This document shows positions 45,376 to 56,642 of a stretch of 64,000 bases of DNA, one piece after another; within the stretch, counting starts at the first letter, position 1; the number at the start of each line of letters is the position of its first letter. The position numbers and the translations under genes were made by a program. The notes below the pieces were generated by a model that ran no database searches, was not told the DNA's origin, and was given only the letters and a program-made list of their open reading frames with translations. Origin of the DNA: Clostridia bacterium (GTDB lineage: Bacteria; Bacillota; Clostridia; UMGS1810); contig JAFSCF010000002.1 of the NCBI GenBank assembly GCA_017436905.1, positions 1,083 to 65,082 of the forward strand, given 5' to 3'.

Positions 45376-46194
45376 TCATAAATACATATTAATCAACACA
45401 ATTACCGCCATAAAAGTCAGCATAGACAGGCACGCAATCCAATCTCTTGTGCCTATTTTAAGTTCATTAAGACGTGTTCTGCCTTTGCCTCCACGGTAGC
45501 ATCTGCACTCCATCGCAACAGCCAGTTCATCAGCACGACGGAAAGAACTTATAAAAAGCGGAACAAGTATAGGTATAAGTGCTTTTGCCCTGTTTATGAT
45601 GTTTCCGCTTTCAAAATCAGCACCTCGTGCCATCTGCGCTTTCATAATTTTATCCGTTTCCTCTAAAAGCGTGGGTATAAACCTTAAAGCGATTGTCATC
45701 ATCATAGCAAGTTCATGAGCAGGCAGACCAATCTTAGAAAACGGTGACAGTAATTTTTCTACACCATCAGTTAAAAGTATCGGCGATGTTGTAAGTGTAA
45801 GAATTGACGTTCCCATAACTAAAAACACAAGTCTTAAACTCATAACAGTCGCACTATAAAATCCCTCTTTTGTGATTTTTAAAAATCCTGCTTTTAAAGG
45901 CACACCGCCAATATTAACAATCTCGCCGTTTGTCATAAAAAGATTAATCAAAGCAGTAAATATTATTAAAAACAATATAGGACGTATACCTTTTAACACC
46001 AATTTAAAACTCACCCTGGAAAGTTTTACTGCAAAAATAACATAAAGTGCAACGGCTACAAAGCCCCACAGACTTTTTATAAAGAATATAGCGATTATAA
46101 ATACCAGGGTAATAATTATTTTTATTCTCGGGTCCATAGAATGTACGGGCGACTCTATAGGGAAATACTGCCCTAATGTAATATCTTTCAGCAT
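45376..46194 (-). CDS. ecfT: ECF transporter transmembrane component EcfT
   Basis: 272 aa polytopic; conserved ecfA1-ecfA2-ecfT-truA order. Confidence 0.85.
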   Translation of the reverse strand: MLKDITLGQYFPIESPVHSMDPRIKIIITLVFIIAIFFIKSLWGFVAVALYVIFAVKLSRVSFKLVLKGIRPILFLIIFTALINLFMTNGEIVNIGGVPLKAGFLKITKEGFYSATVMSLRLVFLVMGTSILTLTTSPILLTDGVEKLLSPFSKIGLPAHELAMMMTIALRFIPTLLEETDKIMKAQMARGADFESGNIINRAKALIPILVPLFISSFRRADELAVAMECRCYRGGKGRTRLNELKIGTRDWIACLSMLTFMAVIVLINMYL

Positions 46195-47048
46195 TTTCCC
46201 ACCTCACCCAAATAACGCAGAATTTCCTTGCAGGCCTTTTCTACGGTGTAAATTTTATCGTCAACGGCTATTCCGTTTTTCTTTAACCCCTGCATAACAA
46301 GACACGCCTGAGGAACATTTAACCCCATTGAAGAAAGTTCGGCAGAGCGTGAAAAAATATTCTCTACAGTATCAAACATTTTAAGTTCGCCGTCACACAT
46401 TACCATAATACGCTCCGCAAGGCGTGCGATATCTTCCATTGAATGTGAAACAAGTACAACTGTAAGTCCCTCAGTTTCGTGAAGAAGTTTAATTCTGTTA
46501 AGTATCTCATCTCTGCCTACAGGATCAAGACCTGCAGCAGGCTCGTCCAATATAAGCATCTTGGGGTTCATTGCCAGAACTCCGGCTATGGCAACACGCC
46601 TTTTTTGACCGCCCGAAAGTTCAAAAGGTGACTTTTCAAAATACTTTTCGTCAAGCCCTACAACCTCTGCAACATGACGCACACGTGCATCAATTTCTTT
46701 TTCATCAAGTCCTAAGTTCTTCGGACCGTATGCAATATCTTTATAAACAGTTTCTTCAAACAACTGATACTCGGGATACTGAAAAACAATACCAACCTTA
46801 CTGCGGATTTCACGCATATTAACGGTCTTGTCAGATATATCTAATCCATCAACAATAACGCTACCACCATCAGGCTTTAAAAGTCCGTTAAGATGCTGGA
46901 TAAGCGTAGACTTACCCGAACCCGTATGACCTATAAGTCCTACGAATTCGCCGTCATTTATTTTAAAAGAGATATCCGAAAGCGCAGTCTTTTCAAACGG
47001 CGAGCCTTTTGAATATATATGATTTAAGTTTTTAACTTCTATCGGCAT
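46188..47048 (-). CDS. ecfA2: ECF transporter ATPase EcfA2
   Basis: GHTGSGKST Walker [13 protein letters not shown] signature. Confidence 0.85.
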   Translation of the reverse strand: MPIEVKNLNHIYSKGSPFEKTALSDISFKINDGEFVGLIGHTGSGKSTLIQHLNGLLKPDGGSVIVDGLDISDKTVNMREIRSKVGIVFQYPEYQLFEETVYKDIAYGPKNLGLDEKEIDARVRHVAEVVGLDEKYFEKSPFELSGGQKRRVAIAGVLAMNPKMLILDEPAAGLDPVGRDEILNRIKLLHETEGLTVVLVSHSMEDIARLAERIMVMCDGELKMFDTVENIFSRSAELSSMGLNVPQACLVMQGLKKNGIAVDDKIYTVEKACKEILRYLGEVGKC

Positions 47049-47875
47049 AGTTTAATTATCTCCTCAACACATTCCTGTTCATCTAAAATATCACACTTGA
47101 TGTCTAATCCAGCCTTTTTAAGTTCAAAAGCAATCTGTGTTGCCTGCGGCACATCTAATCCGATACGACGCATTTTGTCAACATCAGAAAATACGTTTCT
47201 AGGCTTATCGTCAATAATAATGCGTCCTTTATCTACAACAACAACCCTGTCGGCACACACTGCCTCATCCATATTATGAGTTATCATAATAATTGTGATG
47301 CCATATTTACGGTTGAGTTCTGTAATGGTTTTCATAACTTCTTTTCTGCCAGACGGATCAAGCATAGCGGTAGGTTCGTCAAATACTATCGTCTTCGGTT
47401 TCATTGCTATAACGCCTGCTATAGCAATGCGTTGCTTTTGTCCGCCGGATAAAAGATGCGGTGCTTCTTTCCTGAACTTGGTCATACCAACAGCACCCAG
47501 TGCATAATCTACCCTTCGGCGGATTTCGTCAGGCGGAACACCAAGGTTTTCTGCTGCAAATGCAACATCTTCTTCAACTATAGTTGCAACTATCTGGTTA
47601 TCAGGATTTTGAAAAACCATAGCAGCACTCTGGCGTATGTCCCATGTTTTGCTTTCGTCTAATGTATCCATTCCGTCCACATATACATATCCGCCCATAG
47701 GCAGCAAAATTGCGTTTATATGCTTTGCCAAGGTGGACTTACCTGAACCGTTTCTTCCAAGAACCGCCACAAACTCACCGTCGTTTACAGTTAAGTTAAT
47801 TCCGTTAAGCGCAAGTCCACCGACTTTATCATCGGCACGGTCATATGAATATGTCAGATTCTGTATCTCAATCAA
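47039..47875 (-). CDS. ecfA1: ECF transporter ATPase EcfA1
   Basis: GRNGSGKST Walker [13 protein letters not shown] signature. Confidence 0.85.
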   Translation of the reverse strand: MIEIQNLTYSYDRADDKVGGLALNGINLTVNDGEFVAVLGRNGSGKSTLAKHINAILLPMGGYVYVDGMDTLDESKTWDIRQSAAMVFQNPDNQIVATIVEEDVAFAAENLGVPPDEIRRRVDYALGAVGMTKFRKEAPHLLSGGQKQRIAIAGVIAMKPKTIVFDEPTAMLDPSGRKEVMKTITELNRKYGITIIMITHNMDEAVCADRVVVVDKGRIIIDDKPRNVFSDVDKMRRIGLDVPQATQIAFELKKAGLDIKCDILDEQECVEEIIKLCR

Positions 47876-47888
47876 TTGTCATTCCCTC

Positions 47889-48764
47889 TCAATCGCACGA
47901 ATTAGAATACCATCTGGAAGTAAGCCCGCAAGGAAGTACCAATCCTGAAGATTTTATCGGCAATCCGATTTCATCGGACATAACTTTACCGTCATATTTT
48001 TTGCCTACAGTAAGTTTTAATACATTTCCTACTACTGACGGCGATATTCCGGTTGTATAAGAATTAACAATAAAAAACAACGGATTATCACTCATAACAT
48101 CCATACATTTGCAAACAAGTTGATAAAACTCATCTTCAAACTTCCATATTTCACCTTTTGGACCTCTGCCGTATGACGGAGGGTCCATAATAATGCAATC
48201 GTATTTATTACCTCTGCGTTTTTCACGCTCAACAAACTTTATAACATCGTCAACAATATATCTTATGGGCGCATTAGCAAGACCTGACGACGCCGCATTT
48301 TCTTTTGCCCAGGCAGTCATTCCTTTTGATGCGTCAACGTGTACAACTTTAGCACCCGCATATGCTGCTGCGACTGTTGCACCACCGGTATACGCAAAAA
48401 GGTTGAGCACATTTATTGGACGGTTTGCCTTTTTGATATTGCGCATAATAAATTCCCAGTTGACCGCCTGCTCGGGGAATAGTCCCGTATGCTTAAAGCC
48501 CATAGGTTTTATATTGAAAGTAAGATTTTCGTATTTAACCTGCCAACTTTGCGGCATTTTTTTGAAATACTCCCAACTGCCGCCGCCGGAGGCACTTCTG
48601 TGATAGTGTGCGTGCAGATTTTTCCACGCTTTTTCATCGCAATGCTCCTGCCATATTGCCTGAGGGTCAGGTCTGCGAAGTTTTATGTCGCCCCAGAACT
48701 CAACTTTTTCGCCATGGGCGGCATCAAGCAATATATAATCTTTCCAGTTATCAGCAATTAACAT
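47889..48764 (-). CDS. class I SAM-dependent (RlmI/RlmK-like) methyltransferase
   Basis: LNLFAYTGGATVAAA (motif I), IIMDPPSYGRG (motif IV). Confidence 0.7.
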   Translation of the reverse strand: MLIADNWKDYILLDAAHGEKVEFWGDIKLRRPDPQAIWQEHCDEKAWKNLHAHYHRSASGGGSWEYFKKMPQSWQVKYENLTFNIKPMGFKHTGLFPEQAVNWEFIMRNIKKANRPINVLNLFAYTGGATVAAAYAGAKVVHVDASKGMTAWAKENAASSGLANAPIRYIVDDVIKFVEREKRRGNKYDCIIMDPPSYGRGPKGEIWKFEDEFYQLVCKCMDVMSDNPLFFIVNSYTTGISPSVVGNVLKLTVGKKYDGKVMSDEIGLPIKSSGLVLPCGLTSRWYSNSCD

Positions 48765-48776
48765 ATTTTGTCCTCT

Positions 48777-49787
48777 TTACATATTACGTTCTTTTTTAAG
48801 TAAGCGTATATCGTCACCTACAAATCTGAGCAAAGTAAAATCACCCATTATTCGTGAAGAAACTCTGTCAGTATAGGTGTTTCTTACATCGTTCATATTA
48901 AGGTTAGAATTAATTATGGTAGATTTCTTCTCTAAAAGTCGGGTGTTTAACAAATCAAATAAAGCCGACTGTGTATACGACGTAATAAACTCTGTACCAA
49001 AATCGTCTATGATTAACAAATCACAATCGTAAATGGCAGTTTTTAAAAGTTCGGCATTATTTAGCTTTGAACGGTTAAAATGGCAATCTTCCAAAAAATT
49101 AAACAGTTTATATGCCGTCTGGTATATAACACCATGTCCTGCATTTAACAGTTGCGCAACCATACACGAGGTGAGATAAGTTTTGCCAACACCGGCAGGA
49201 CCGTAAATATATAAATTTTCATAAGAATTACCGAAATTCTTGCAAAAGTCAAGGCACGTACGGTAAATATTGCGTGCATTGTCATAAGGCGATACACCTA
49301 TAGTTGGATCTGCATCTTTACTGTAGAACGAAAAATCAACATTTTTAAAACTGCAATTCTCAAAATCAATAGGTATATTCGAAATACGTGATGCGGCATC
49401 TGCCATAAAGCGCTTCATCTTTTGCTTATAGCATGTACATTTTTTGCCGTTTACCGCACCTGTATCTTTGCAAATAGCACACTCATACGGAACAGCAAAA
49501 ACATCTTCGTTCATTCCGTGTTTTGCAAGTATTTCCGCTCTTTTTTTCTTGAGTTCATCAAGTTCTGCCTCCATAGAAGACGCAAGTTCTGATGCAGTAA
49601 TATTTCCGTTTATAATTTTAGTTGAATATCGTACGCCGACGGTTGCAATGGCCCTGTCAATCTCTTCAACTTCGGGAATAAGGGCATAAACAGTATTTAA
49701 ACGCTCCTGTTCAAGTTCCCTGCGCGTATTTGCAAGATGCACGTATTCACTGTTAATATGCTTTTCAATAGCGCTTGCACTAAGCAT
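48777..49787 (-). CDS. dnaI: helicase loader, DnaI/DnaC-like AAA+ ATPase
   Basis: Cys-rich N-terminal module (CAICKDTG...CTCY) plus GPAGVGKTYL Walker A. Confidence 0.75.
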   Translation of the reverse strand: MLSASAIEKHINSEYVHLANTRRELEQERLNTVYALIPEVEEIDRAIATVGVRYSTKIINGNITASELASSMEAELDELKKKRAEILAKHGMNEDVFAVPYECAICKDTGAVNGKKCTCYKQKMKRFMADAASRISNIPIDFENCSFKNVDFSFYSKDADPTIGVSPYDNARNIYRTCLDFCKNFGNSYENLYIYGPAGVGKTYLTSCMVAQLLNAGHGVIYQTAYKLFNFLEDCHFNRSKLNNAELLKTAIYDCDLLIIDDFGTEFITSYTQSALFDLLNTRLLEKKSTIINSNLNMNDVRNTYTDRVSSRIMGDFTLLRFVGDDIRLLKKERNM

Positions 49788-49802
49788 TGTTTACCCCCTA
49801 TC

Positions 49803-50822
49803 CTAATTTTGCGCACCGTTCATACGGCGTGCTATCATCTTCTTTTCAAAATCACTTATATTGTTATCGGTTGTAAAATTATCAAAGGTTGTCTTTTTCT
49901 TGGATGCACCTTTTTTATCTTCAGTTTCTTTACCAAGATTTTTTAAAACCGCATCCATATATTTAAAGTTCATTTTGCCCGTGTTTATAACGGTTATCTC
50001 ATAAGCCTCTTTAATATTTGCCTCAGTGGCTTTATAATCCTGAAGCCATGTACGCACAAACTCGGTTTCAAGTTCGGTTAAATCCCTACCGCTTATCTGC
50101 AGAATACGCTTAACCTTTTTTTCTGCACGTGCAAGTTTCGCCTGACCTTTTATGTAGACATTAGCCTTTTCAAAATTATCTATGCCTTTATCTGCCCAGG
50201 TAATGGCAACCTTTTCAATATAACGTAAATCCATTTTTTTAATAGATGTGCAGTGTTCTAAAAGCATAACAATTACATCAATCGGCAGTTTAAGCCAATC
50301 GTAAAACGAATACATAGTTTTCATATCGTTATGATTTAAAGGCTTGCCAAGGAGTTGCTCTGCTATTAAAAACATATCACGAACGTTTTTATCGTTCTTT
50401 AACGCAGTGTTAATGTCTTTGACCAAATATTTAGGTGGCTCAGCAAAAGCAGGTTTCTCATCTGCATTTTTTACATCTGACTGCACCACAATACCTTCAG
50501 CATCTAACTTCACAAATTCAACACAGCAAGCACCGTCTGCATCATCAAAATTTATTACAGACTGCTCGTGCCAGTATTTAAGTGCCTTTATAACTTTTGC
50601 ATCTGTTACACCAAGCGACACTGCAGTATTTTCAATGGTGAGATTTGCGTCGTTTAAATGGCACAGCAAATATAAATATACCTTTACCGACACCTCATCG
50701 GCACTTGGCATATATCTGTCCACAAAAACTGTCGGAACAGAAAAGACAGACTCCTTCTTTTTAATGTGCAAATTTTTCACGCAAACTCCCCCATAATATT
50801 TATAGTGTACTAAGTATACCAC
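49803..50822 (-). CDS. DnaD-domain replication initiation protein (Firmicutes DnaB-like)
   Basis: Paired with dnaI; DnaD-like repeats; the likely start is GTG 50780 (GGGGGAG upstream) rather than 50822. Confidence 0.65.
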   Translation of the reverse strand: MVYLVHYKYYGGVCVKNLHIKKKESVFSVPTVFVDRYMPSADEVSVKVYLYLLCHLNDANLTIENTAVSLGVTDAKVIKALKYWHEQSVINFDDADGACCVEFVKLDAEGIVVQSDVKNADEKPAFAEPPKYLVKDINTALKNDKNVRDMFLIAEQLLGKPLNHNDMKTMYSFYDWLKLPIDVIVMLLEHCTSIKKMDLRYIEKVAITWADKGIDNFEKANVYIKGQAKLARAEKKVKRILQISGRDLTELETEFVRTWLQDYKATEANIKEAYEITVINTGKMNFKYMDAVLKNLGKETEDKKGASKKKTTFDNFTTDNNISDFEKKMIARRMNGAQN

Positions 50823-50871
50823 ACTATTTTTATAAATTCAATGAGAAATTAATCTAATTTTCCGTTTTATT

Positions 50872-50898
50872 ACAAAAATCCGCCCTAAAAGGCGGACT
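50872..50898 (-). terminator. intrinsic terminator after gtrA-like gene
   Basis: Minus strand TCCGCC-TTTTAG-GGCGGA followed by TTTTTG. Confidence 0.75.
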
Positions 50899-50901
50899 AA
50901 A

Positions 50902-51303
50902 TCATTTTTTGAAAATAAAATATTTACTAAAAAAATAATTAAGTACAATAACTATTATGCTAAGTACAAGTTTTTCTCCAAACCCGTATACACCTAAAAA
51001 TGTTCCCCAATTAAGCACAGACAGCATAATCGGCATACCAACAAGTTCGATAACACCCGAAAAAAGTCGGGCCGACAAAAACATAATAATTTCTTTGCCA
51101 GCATTTTGCCAACTTTTATTTTCAAACACAAAAAGTTTATTGGTGATATACGCCACCGTTACAGCGGCAACCCACGCAATAACATTTGAAACCGTCGGCG
51201 GTACAAAAAGAACTTCAACACAGACAGCATAAACAATCCAGTTTACTACAGTTGTTATACCGCCCCAAAAAATATATGAAATAATTTCTTTATATTTTTT
51301 CAT
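50902..51303 (-). CDS. GtrA-family membrane protein
   Basis: 133 aa, 4 TM segments, F.....G.....N motif-like N-terminus. Confidence 0.75.
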   Translation of the reverse strand: MKKYKEIISYIFWGGITTVVNWIVYAVCVEVLFVPPTVSNVIAWVAAVTVAYITNKLFVFENKSWQNAGKEIIMFLSARLFSGVIELVGMPIMLSVLNWGTFLGVYGFGEKLVLSIIVIVLNYFFSKYFIFKK

Positions 51304-51350
51304 TATTTATGTATTCCTTTTCGCTTTAGAATTTTTAACTCGATAACTTT

Positions 51351-51379
51351 AAAATCCCCGTTCAAAGAACGGGGATTTC
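51351..51379 (-). terminator. hairpin terminator after tRNA-Leu
   Basis: AAAATCCCCGTTC-AAAG-AACGGGGATTT. Confidence 0.6.
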
Positions 51380-51382
51380 AAA

Positions 51383-51466
51383 TGCCGATGGCCGGAGTCG
51401 AACCGGCACGGTATCGCTACCGGCGGATTTTGAGTCCGCTACGTCTGCCAATTCCATCACATCGGC
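51383..51466 (-). tRNA. tRNA-Leu (anticodon CAA), class II with long variable arm; CCA not encoded
   Basis: Folded by hand: acceptor GCCGATG/CATCGGC, anticodon stem GCGGA/TCCGC with loop CTCAAAA, variable arm GGTA-GCGA-TACC, T-arm GCCGG-TTCGACT-CCGGC, discriminator A. Confidence 0.9.
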
Positions 51467-51576
51467 AAAAACTTACTATGATAGTATACAACATTTTTTT
51501 TAACATTTCAAGACTTTTTTTAAATTTTTTAAAGAAAAACGGGAGATTTTTTTATCTCCCGTTTAAAATCAAGTAA

Positions 51577-52668
51577 TTATTGTGCGCATTTTGCCACAAT
51601 GGCTTTCATTTGTTCCATTTTCTCTTCCATATCAGCAACCATCTTAAACTGTGTGCGTGCACGGTCTAAGTTGTGATTTTCTCTATGGATTTTAAAATAA
51701 ACATCACCATTTAAGTGGTCACCTAAAAATCTGATACCGCACTCAAGTGTCATCAGTTTGGCAGACATAGGAAGAAGTTCAATTTCTTCTTTTGTAATAC
51801 TGTCACCCACTTCGCTTAAAAAGCCTTTAACGTAGTGTTCAAAAAGGTTAAGGTCACAATACACTTTTGAAAGGTCTTTCTCATCTTCGGCAGCAGGATT
51901 AGTACCAAAACGGATAGAATCGCCAAAATCGTAAAGCAAAGAGCCGGGCATAACAGTATCAAGGTCAATTACACAAATACCTTTACCGCTTTCGCTGTCA
52001 ACCAAAACGTTATTAAGTTTTGTGTCGTTATGAGTAACTCTTAAAGGAATTCTACCCTCTGCAATACCGTCTACGATGATAGCAGCATCACATTTACGAG
52101 CCATTGCAAAGTCAATCTCTGCCTGAACATCTGCTGCTTTGCCTGATTTATTATCCGCAACAGCCTTCTCAAAATCATCAAATCTTGTTTTTGTATTATG
52201 GAAATTTTTAATGGTTTCGTGCAGTTTATCAGCTTCAAAATCAGAAAGCATATTCTGGAATTTACCGAACGCCGCAGCAGCATTATAAAAATCCATAGGA
52301 TCTTCTACAACCTGAAAACTTATAGCATCGTCAATAAAGATATAAACTCTGTAGTAATCGCCATTTTCAGTTTTAACATAACTTTTGCCGTCTTTAGCAG
52401 GGATAACTGTAAGAGTTTCTCTTTTAGAATTACCTCCGGCAGCATCAATTTTTTTCTTTAAAAACTCGGTAACCATAACAACATTATCCATAAGTTCTTC
52501 GGGCGATGAAAATACGGTGTTGTTAATCTTTTGTAATATGTATTTTTCTTCAGCGGTGGTTTTAAGTAAAAATGTACTGTTAATGTGACCTTCGCCGTAA
52601 GGTGAAGCATCTACATATTCGCCTTCAATCTGAAATGATTCAGCAATTTTTTTCAAATTAAATTCCAT
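51577..52668 (-). CDS. APH-fold sugar anomeric kinase, N-acetylhexosamine-1-kinase-like
   Basis: 363 aa; GEGHINSTF, HNDTKLNNVL, VIDLDTV kinase motifs. Confidence 0.6.
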   Translation of the reverse strand: MEFNLKKIAESFQIEGEYVDASPYGEGHINSTFLLKTTAEEKYILQKINNTVFSSPEELMDNVVMVTEFLKKKIDAAGGNSKRETLTVIPAKDGKSYVKTENGDYYRVYIFIDDAISFQVVEDPMDFYNAAAAFGKFQNMLSDFEADKLHETIKNFHNTKTRFDDFEKAVADNKSGKAADVQAEIDFAMARKCDAAIIVDGIAEGRIPLRVTHNDTKLNNVLVDSESGKGICVIDLDTVMPGSLLYDFGDSIRFGTNPAAEDEKDLSKVYCDLNLFEHYVKGFLSEVGDSITKEEIELLPMSAKLMTLECGIRFLGDHLNGDVYFKIHRENHNLDRARTQFKMVADMEEKMEQMKAIVAKCAQ

Positions 52669-53515
52669 CGTACAGACCTTCCTCTACAAGTTTTTTCATT
52701 GCTTCCTGCACAGTTGCCTTATCTTCTTTATATGTAATACCATACCATTTGTCTTTATTTGGGATTGCCTTAACGGTTGCTTTGCCGGATTTAACCAGAT
52801 CACCTACTACAGTAGGAATTAAAAACTCTGCCTTCATAAGATTGTCACCCTGCAAGAATTTTTCATATTCTGCTTCAAGAACAGGGAAAATCTCAGGACC
52901 GAATGACCAAAGGTTCATAGACACTTTCGAATCTTCAGAGAGTGAAATCTGCTCGCCGTTATCTCCCGTGCATTTAAAGTTTTCAATATCTGTACGCTCA
53001 TTGATGTCTACCATATAACCATCTTCAATAACACATACACCACGTGCAACAGAACCATTATCGCTTACAGTGTTTTTGAGGTCATAACAAACCATAGCGA
53101 ACTCAAACTCGCCTGCTGTCTGCATATATTTGTTAAGTTCTTCAAAAGCATTGCTGCCGTAGTAGTCGTCAGCATTCAAAACCGCAAAAGGACCGTCTAT
53201 AACATCTTTGCAGCAAAGAATAGCATGTGCAGTACCCCAGGGTTTTACTCTGCCTTCAGGAAGATTGTCTACTGTCTGGAATACATACTCAACATCAATC
53301 TTTTCTTCAATTTTTTTGCCGACCAATCTCTTAAAATCTGCCTCAATGCTTTCTTTTATAATGAATACTACTTTATTAAATCCTGATTTCTTAGCATCAT
53401 ACACAGAAAAGTCAAGCAATGCTTCGCCGTTAGGGCCAATGGGTTCCATCTGTTTGAGTCCACCGAAACGGCTGCCCATACCTGCTGCCATTACTACCAA
53501 AGTCGTGTTTTTCAT
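52658..53515 (-). CDS. sugar-1-phosphate nucleotidyltransferase
   Basis: MAAGMGSRFGGLKQ N-terminal nucleotidyltransferase motif; overlaps the kinase gene by 11 nt. Confidence 0.7.
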   Translation of the reverse strand: MKNTTLVVMAAGMGSRFGGLKQMEPIGPNGEALLDFSVYDAKKSGFNKVVFIIKESIEADFKRLVGKKIEEKIDVEYVFQTVDNLPEGRVKPWGTAHAILCCKDVIDGPFAVLNADDYYGSNAFEELNKYMQTAGEFEFAMVCYDLKNTVSDNGSVARGVCVIEDGYMVDINERTDIENFKCTGDNGEQISLSEDSKVSMNLWSFGPEIFPVLEAEYEKFLQGDNLMKAEFLIPTVVGDLVKSGKATVKAIPNKDKWYGITYKEDKATVQEAMKKLVEEGLYDGI

Positions 53516-53541
53516 GATTAATTACCTCCGCTTATTGTACA

Positions 53542-54870
53542 TTATAATCTTTTCTCAAGTTCTGCTTTTTCGTTTTCGTAACCGGGTTTGCCTAAAAGTG
53601 CAAACATATTTTTCTTATACGCCTCAACACCAGGCTGGTCAAACGGGTTAATACCAAGCATATATCCGCTTACCGCACATGCTTTTTCAAAGAAATACAC
53701 AAGGTTACCAAAATGATAAGCATCAAGTGCAGGGATATTCAAAATCATATTAGGAACTCCGCCGTCATTATGCGCAAGCACTGTTCCAAGGAACGCTTTG
53801 CCATTTACATAACTTACAGTTTTTCCTGCAAGGAAGTTGAGTCCGTCGATGTTTTCGTCATCACTTAAAATTTCAATATCTTTTTTAGGTGCCTGAACAT
53901 TCAAAACAGTTTCAAACAAAATTCTTCTGCCGTCCTGAATGTACTGTCCCATTGAGTGTAAATCTGTAGAGAAGTTTGCCGATGCAGGGAAAATACCTCT
54001 CTGGTCTTTACCTTCGCTCTCGCCGTAAAGTTGTTTCCACCACTCTGCAAAGTACTGGAGCGCAGGTTCATAACTTATAAGCATCTCAATTTCTTTGCCC
54101 TTACGGTTTAAAATATTTCTTACTGCTGCATACTTGTAGCAATCGTTGTTTTCAAAATCTGCTTTATAGGCTTCTCTCGCTTCCTGTGCACCACGCATAA
54201 TTTCGTCAATATCAATGCCTGCTGCCGCTATAGGAAGTAGGCCTACAGCAGTTAAAACAGAGAAACGTCCGCCAACATCATCGGGAATTACAAAAGTTTC
54301 ATACCCTTCTTTATCAGCAGAGTTTTTAAGTGCGCCGCGCGCTTTATCTGTGGTTGCGTAAATTCTTTTTTTAGCGCCATCTGTACCATACTTTTTAATA
54401 AGCATATCACGGAATACCCTAAACGCTATGGCAGGCTCTGTAGTAGTGCCCGATTTTGAAATTATATTAACGCTGAAATCTCTGTCGCCAACAAGTTCGA
54501 TCAAATCGTTAAGATATGTTGAACTTATAGAATTACCGGCAAAGAATATCTGCGGAGTGCCTTTGCACTTCAAATTATAAAAAGTATCGGTAAGCATATC
54601 AAGGGCAGCCTTTGCACCAAGATACGAACCGCCTATACCTATAACAATCAAAACTTCGGAATCGTTTTTAATCTTTTCTGCTGCTTTTTTAATACGGTCA
54701 AATTCAGCCTTATCGTAATTAACAGGAAGGTCAACCCAACCCAAAAAGTCGTTACCTGCGCCGTTGCCTTTTTCAAGAATTTCCGCTGCGGTCAAGGTTA
54801 ATTCTTTCATATTTGCAAGTTCACGGTCAGAAACAAAATTACTTACTTTTGATAAATCTAACGATACCAT
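53542..54870 (-). CDS. pgi: glucose-6-phosphate isomerase
   Basis: 442 aa; Firmicutes-type PGI (GIGGSYLG..., ...[11 protein letters not shown]). Confidence 0.9.
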   Translation of the reverse strand: MVSLDLSKVSNFVSDRELANMKELTLTAAEILEKGNGAGNDFLGWVDLPVNYDKAEFDRIKKAAEKIKNDSEVLIVIGIGGSYLGAKAALDMLTDTFYNLKCKGTPQIFFAGNSISSTYLNDLIELVGDRDFSVNIISKSGTTTEPAIAFRVFRDMLIKKYGTDGAKKRIYATTDKARGALKNSADKEGYETFVIPDDVGGRFSVLTAVGLLPIAAAGIDIDEIMRGAQEAREAYKADFENNDCYKYAAVRNILNRKGKEIEMLISYEPALQYFAEWWKQLYGESEGKDQRGIFPASANFSTDLHSMGQYIQDGRRILFETVLNVQAPKKDIEILSDDENIDGLNFLAGKTVSYVNGKAFLGTVLAHNDGGVPNMILNIPALDAYHFGNLVYFFEKACAVSGYMLGINPFDQPGVEAYKKNMFALLGKPGYENEKAELEKRL

Positions 54871-54959
54871 AATTCACCTGTTCCTTTCAAATGCGATTGG
54901 ATTGTTAAAAATCAAACACATATATTATACTACCATTTTCTATTTTTTACAAGTGTTTT

Positions 54960-55958
54960 TTACTTGATTTCATCTTTTTTATCACGGCACATTAAATCAG
55001 ATATTGCCTGCTTGGGAGACTTGCCGTTATAGAGCACTTCATAGGCCTCGTTTATAATTGGCATTTCCACATCATATTTTTTGCCGAGTTCGTATGCGGC
55101 TCCGGCACAATGCACACCTTCTACAACCATATGAACTTTATCTAAAGTGTCTTTTAAACTGTTGCCCTGACCAATTAAAATACCTGCACGTCTGTTTCTG
55201 GAATGCATACTTGTACACGTAACTATAAGGTCGCCGATACCCGACAAACCGTAAAAGGTTTCAGCCTTGGCGCCCATTTTAATTCCAAGACGAGAAATCT
55301 CTTTAATTCCCCTCGTCATAAGTGCCGCCTTTGTATTATCGCCAAAGCCCACTCCGTCTATAATACCTGCACAAAGTGCCATAACATTTTTAAGTGCACC
55401 GCCAAGTTGAACGCCCAAAATATCATCACCGGAATACACCCTGAATGTATCGCACATAAAAGCATTCTGCACAGTTGTAATAGCATCCGTATGAACTGAA
55501 GCCACCACATTTGCCGTAGGAATAAAACGTGCAACCTCCTCTGCGTGCGACGGTCCTGACATAACGACCACCCTACTCTGCGGAATTTCTTCTTCAACAA
55601 CCTCGGAAAGCGTTTTGAGTGTTCCTTCTTCCAGACCTTTTGAAAGGATTACTATTATTGAATTCTCGCTTACATAACTGCTCATAGATTTAGCGGTAGA
55701 ACGTATAACAGATGACGGAGTCACCAGTACAATAATCTCTTTACCCTCTACACACGAAATATCACTTGTGTATGAAATTTTATCGCCCAAAAATATGTCG
55801 GGCAAAAATTCTTTGTTTTCTTTATCTCTTTTAAGTGCGTCGCTTTCAGACTGTTTCCACGACCACAACGTAACATTATGACCGTTTCTTTCAAGCAAGA
55901 CAGAAATTGCTGTGCCCCAACTTCCCGAACCGACTACTGCAATATTTTTTATATCCAT
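54960..55958 (-). CDS. gpsA: NAD(P)H-dependent glycerol-3-phosphate dehydrogenase
   Basis: VGSGSWGTA Rossmann motif; GALKNV motif. Confidence 0.9.
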   Translation of the reverse strand: MDIKNIAVVGSGSWGTAISVLLERNGHNVTLWSWKQSESDALKRDKENKEFLPDIFLGDKISYTSDISCVEGKEIIVLVTPSSVIRSTAKSMSSYVSENSIIVILSKGLEEGTLKTLSEVVEEEIPQSRVVVMSGPSHAEEVARFIPTANVVASVHTDAITTVQNAFMCDTFRVYSGDDILGVQLGGALKNVMALCAGIIDGVGFGDNTKAALMTRGIKEISRLGIKMGAKAETFYGLSGIGDLIVTCTSMHSRNRRAGILIGQGNSLKDTLDKVHMVVEGVHCAGAAYELGKKYDVEMPIINEAYEVLYNGKSPKQAISDLMCRDKKDEIK

Positions 55959-55995
55959 AATACTCTCCTATTCTCTAAATATGGTACTTAAAATA

Positions 55996-56619
55996 TTACT
56001 TTTTAAAATTAATTTTTGACTCTGTACCCTTAATAAGACGTACAATGTTTGCTCTGTGCATAAAAAGCGCAAGCACCGCCATGGCAAGCGAAAGCACTAT
56101 AAACAAAGCATCATCACTATGGAATAAGATAACTGCCACAGGGAAAATTATGCACGCTATGCAAGATCCAAGCGATACATAACGGGTTATCGCCATAACA
56201 GCAATAGCGCACACAAGCACAATTAATCCTATTCGCCAATCAAGCATAAATATAACTGCAGCAGAGGTCATAATGCCCTTGCCGCCTTTAAAACCAAAAT
56301 AAAGCGGAAAATTATGACCAAGCACCACGCAAAATGCCGCTGTATATGCAGGAGATACTATCTCTCCCACAGCAGCAAATATCCCTACAAGAATACGTGC
56401 AATTAAAACTGCTATAACACCTTTTAAAGCGTCGCCTAAAACAACTACTGCCGCCGCACCCTTGCCAAAAACACGCAATGTATTGGTAGCACCTGCATTA
56501 CCGCTACCCTCTTTACGGACGTCTTTACCCATAAATTTAGATACTAACATAGATGTGTTCATACTGCCGAGCAGATATGCTATAACACCGCTTATTACAC
56601 ATAATATAGTTACAGTCAT
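55996..56619 (-). CDS. plsY: glycerol-3-phosphate acyltransferase PlsY
   Basis: 207 aa; GSGNAGATN, FKGGKG motifs. Confidence 0.9.
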   Translation of the reverse strand: MTVTILCVISGVIAYLLGSMNTSMLVSKFMGKDVRKEGSGNAGATNTLRVFGKGAAAVVVLGDALKGVIAVLIARILVGIFAAVGEIVSPAYTAAFCVVLGHNFPLYFGFKGGKGIMTSAAVIFMLDWRIGLIVLVCAIAVMAITRYVSLGSCIACIIFPVAVILFHSDDALFIVLSLAMAVLALFMHRANIVRLIKGTESKINFKK

Positions 56620-56642
56620 TTTTTTCGCCCTTTCAGATATAA

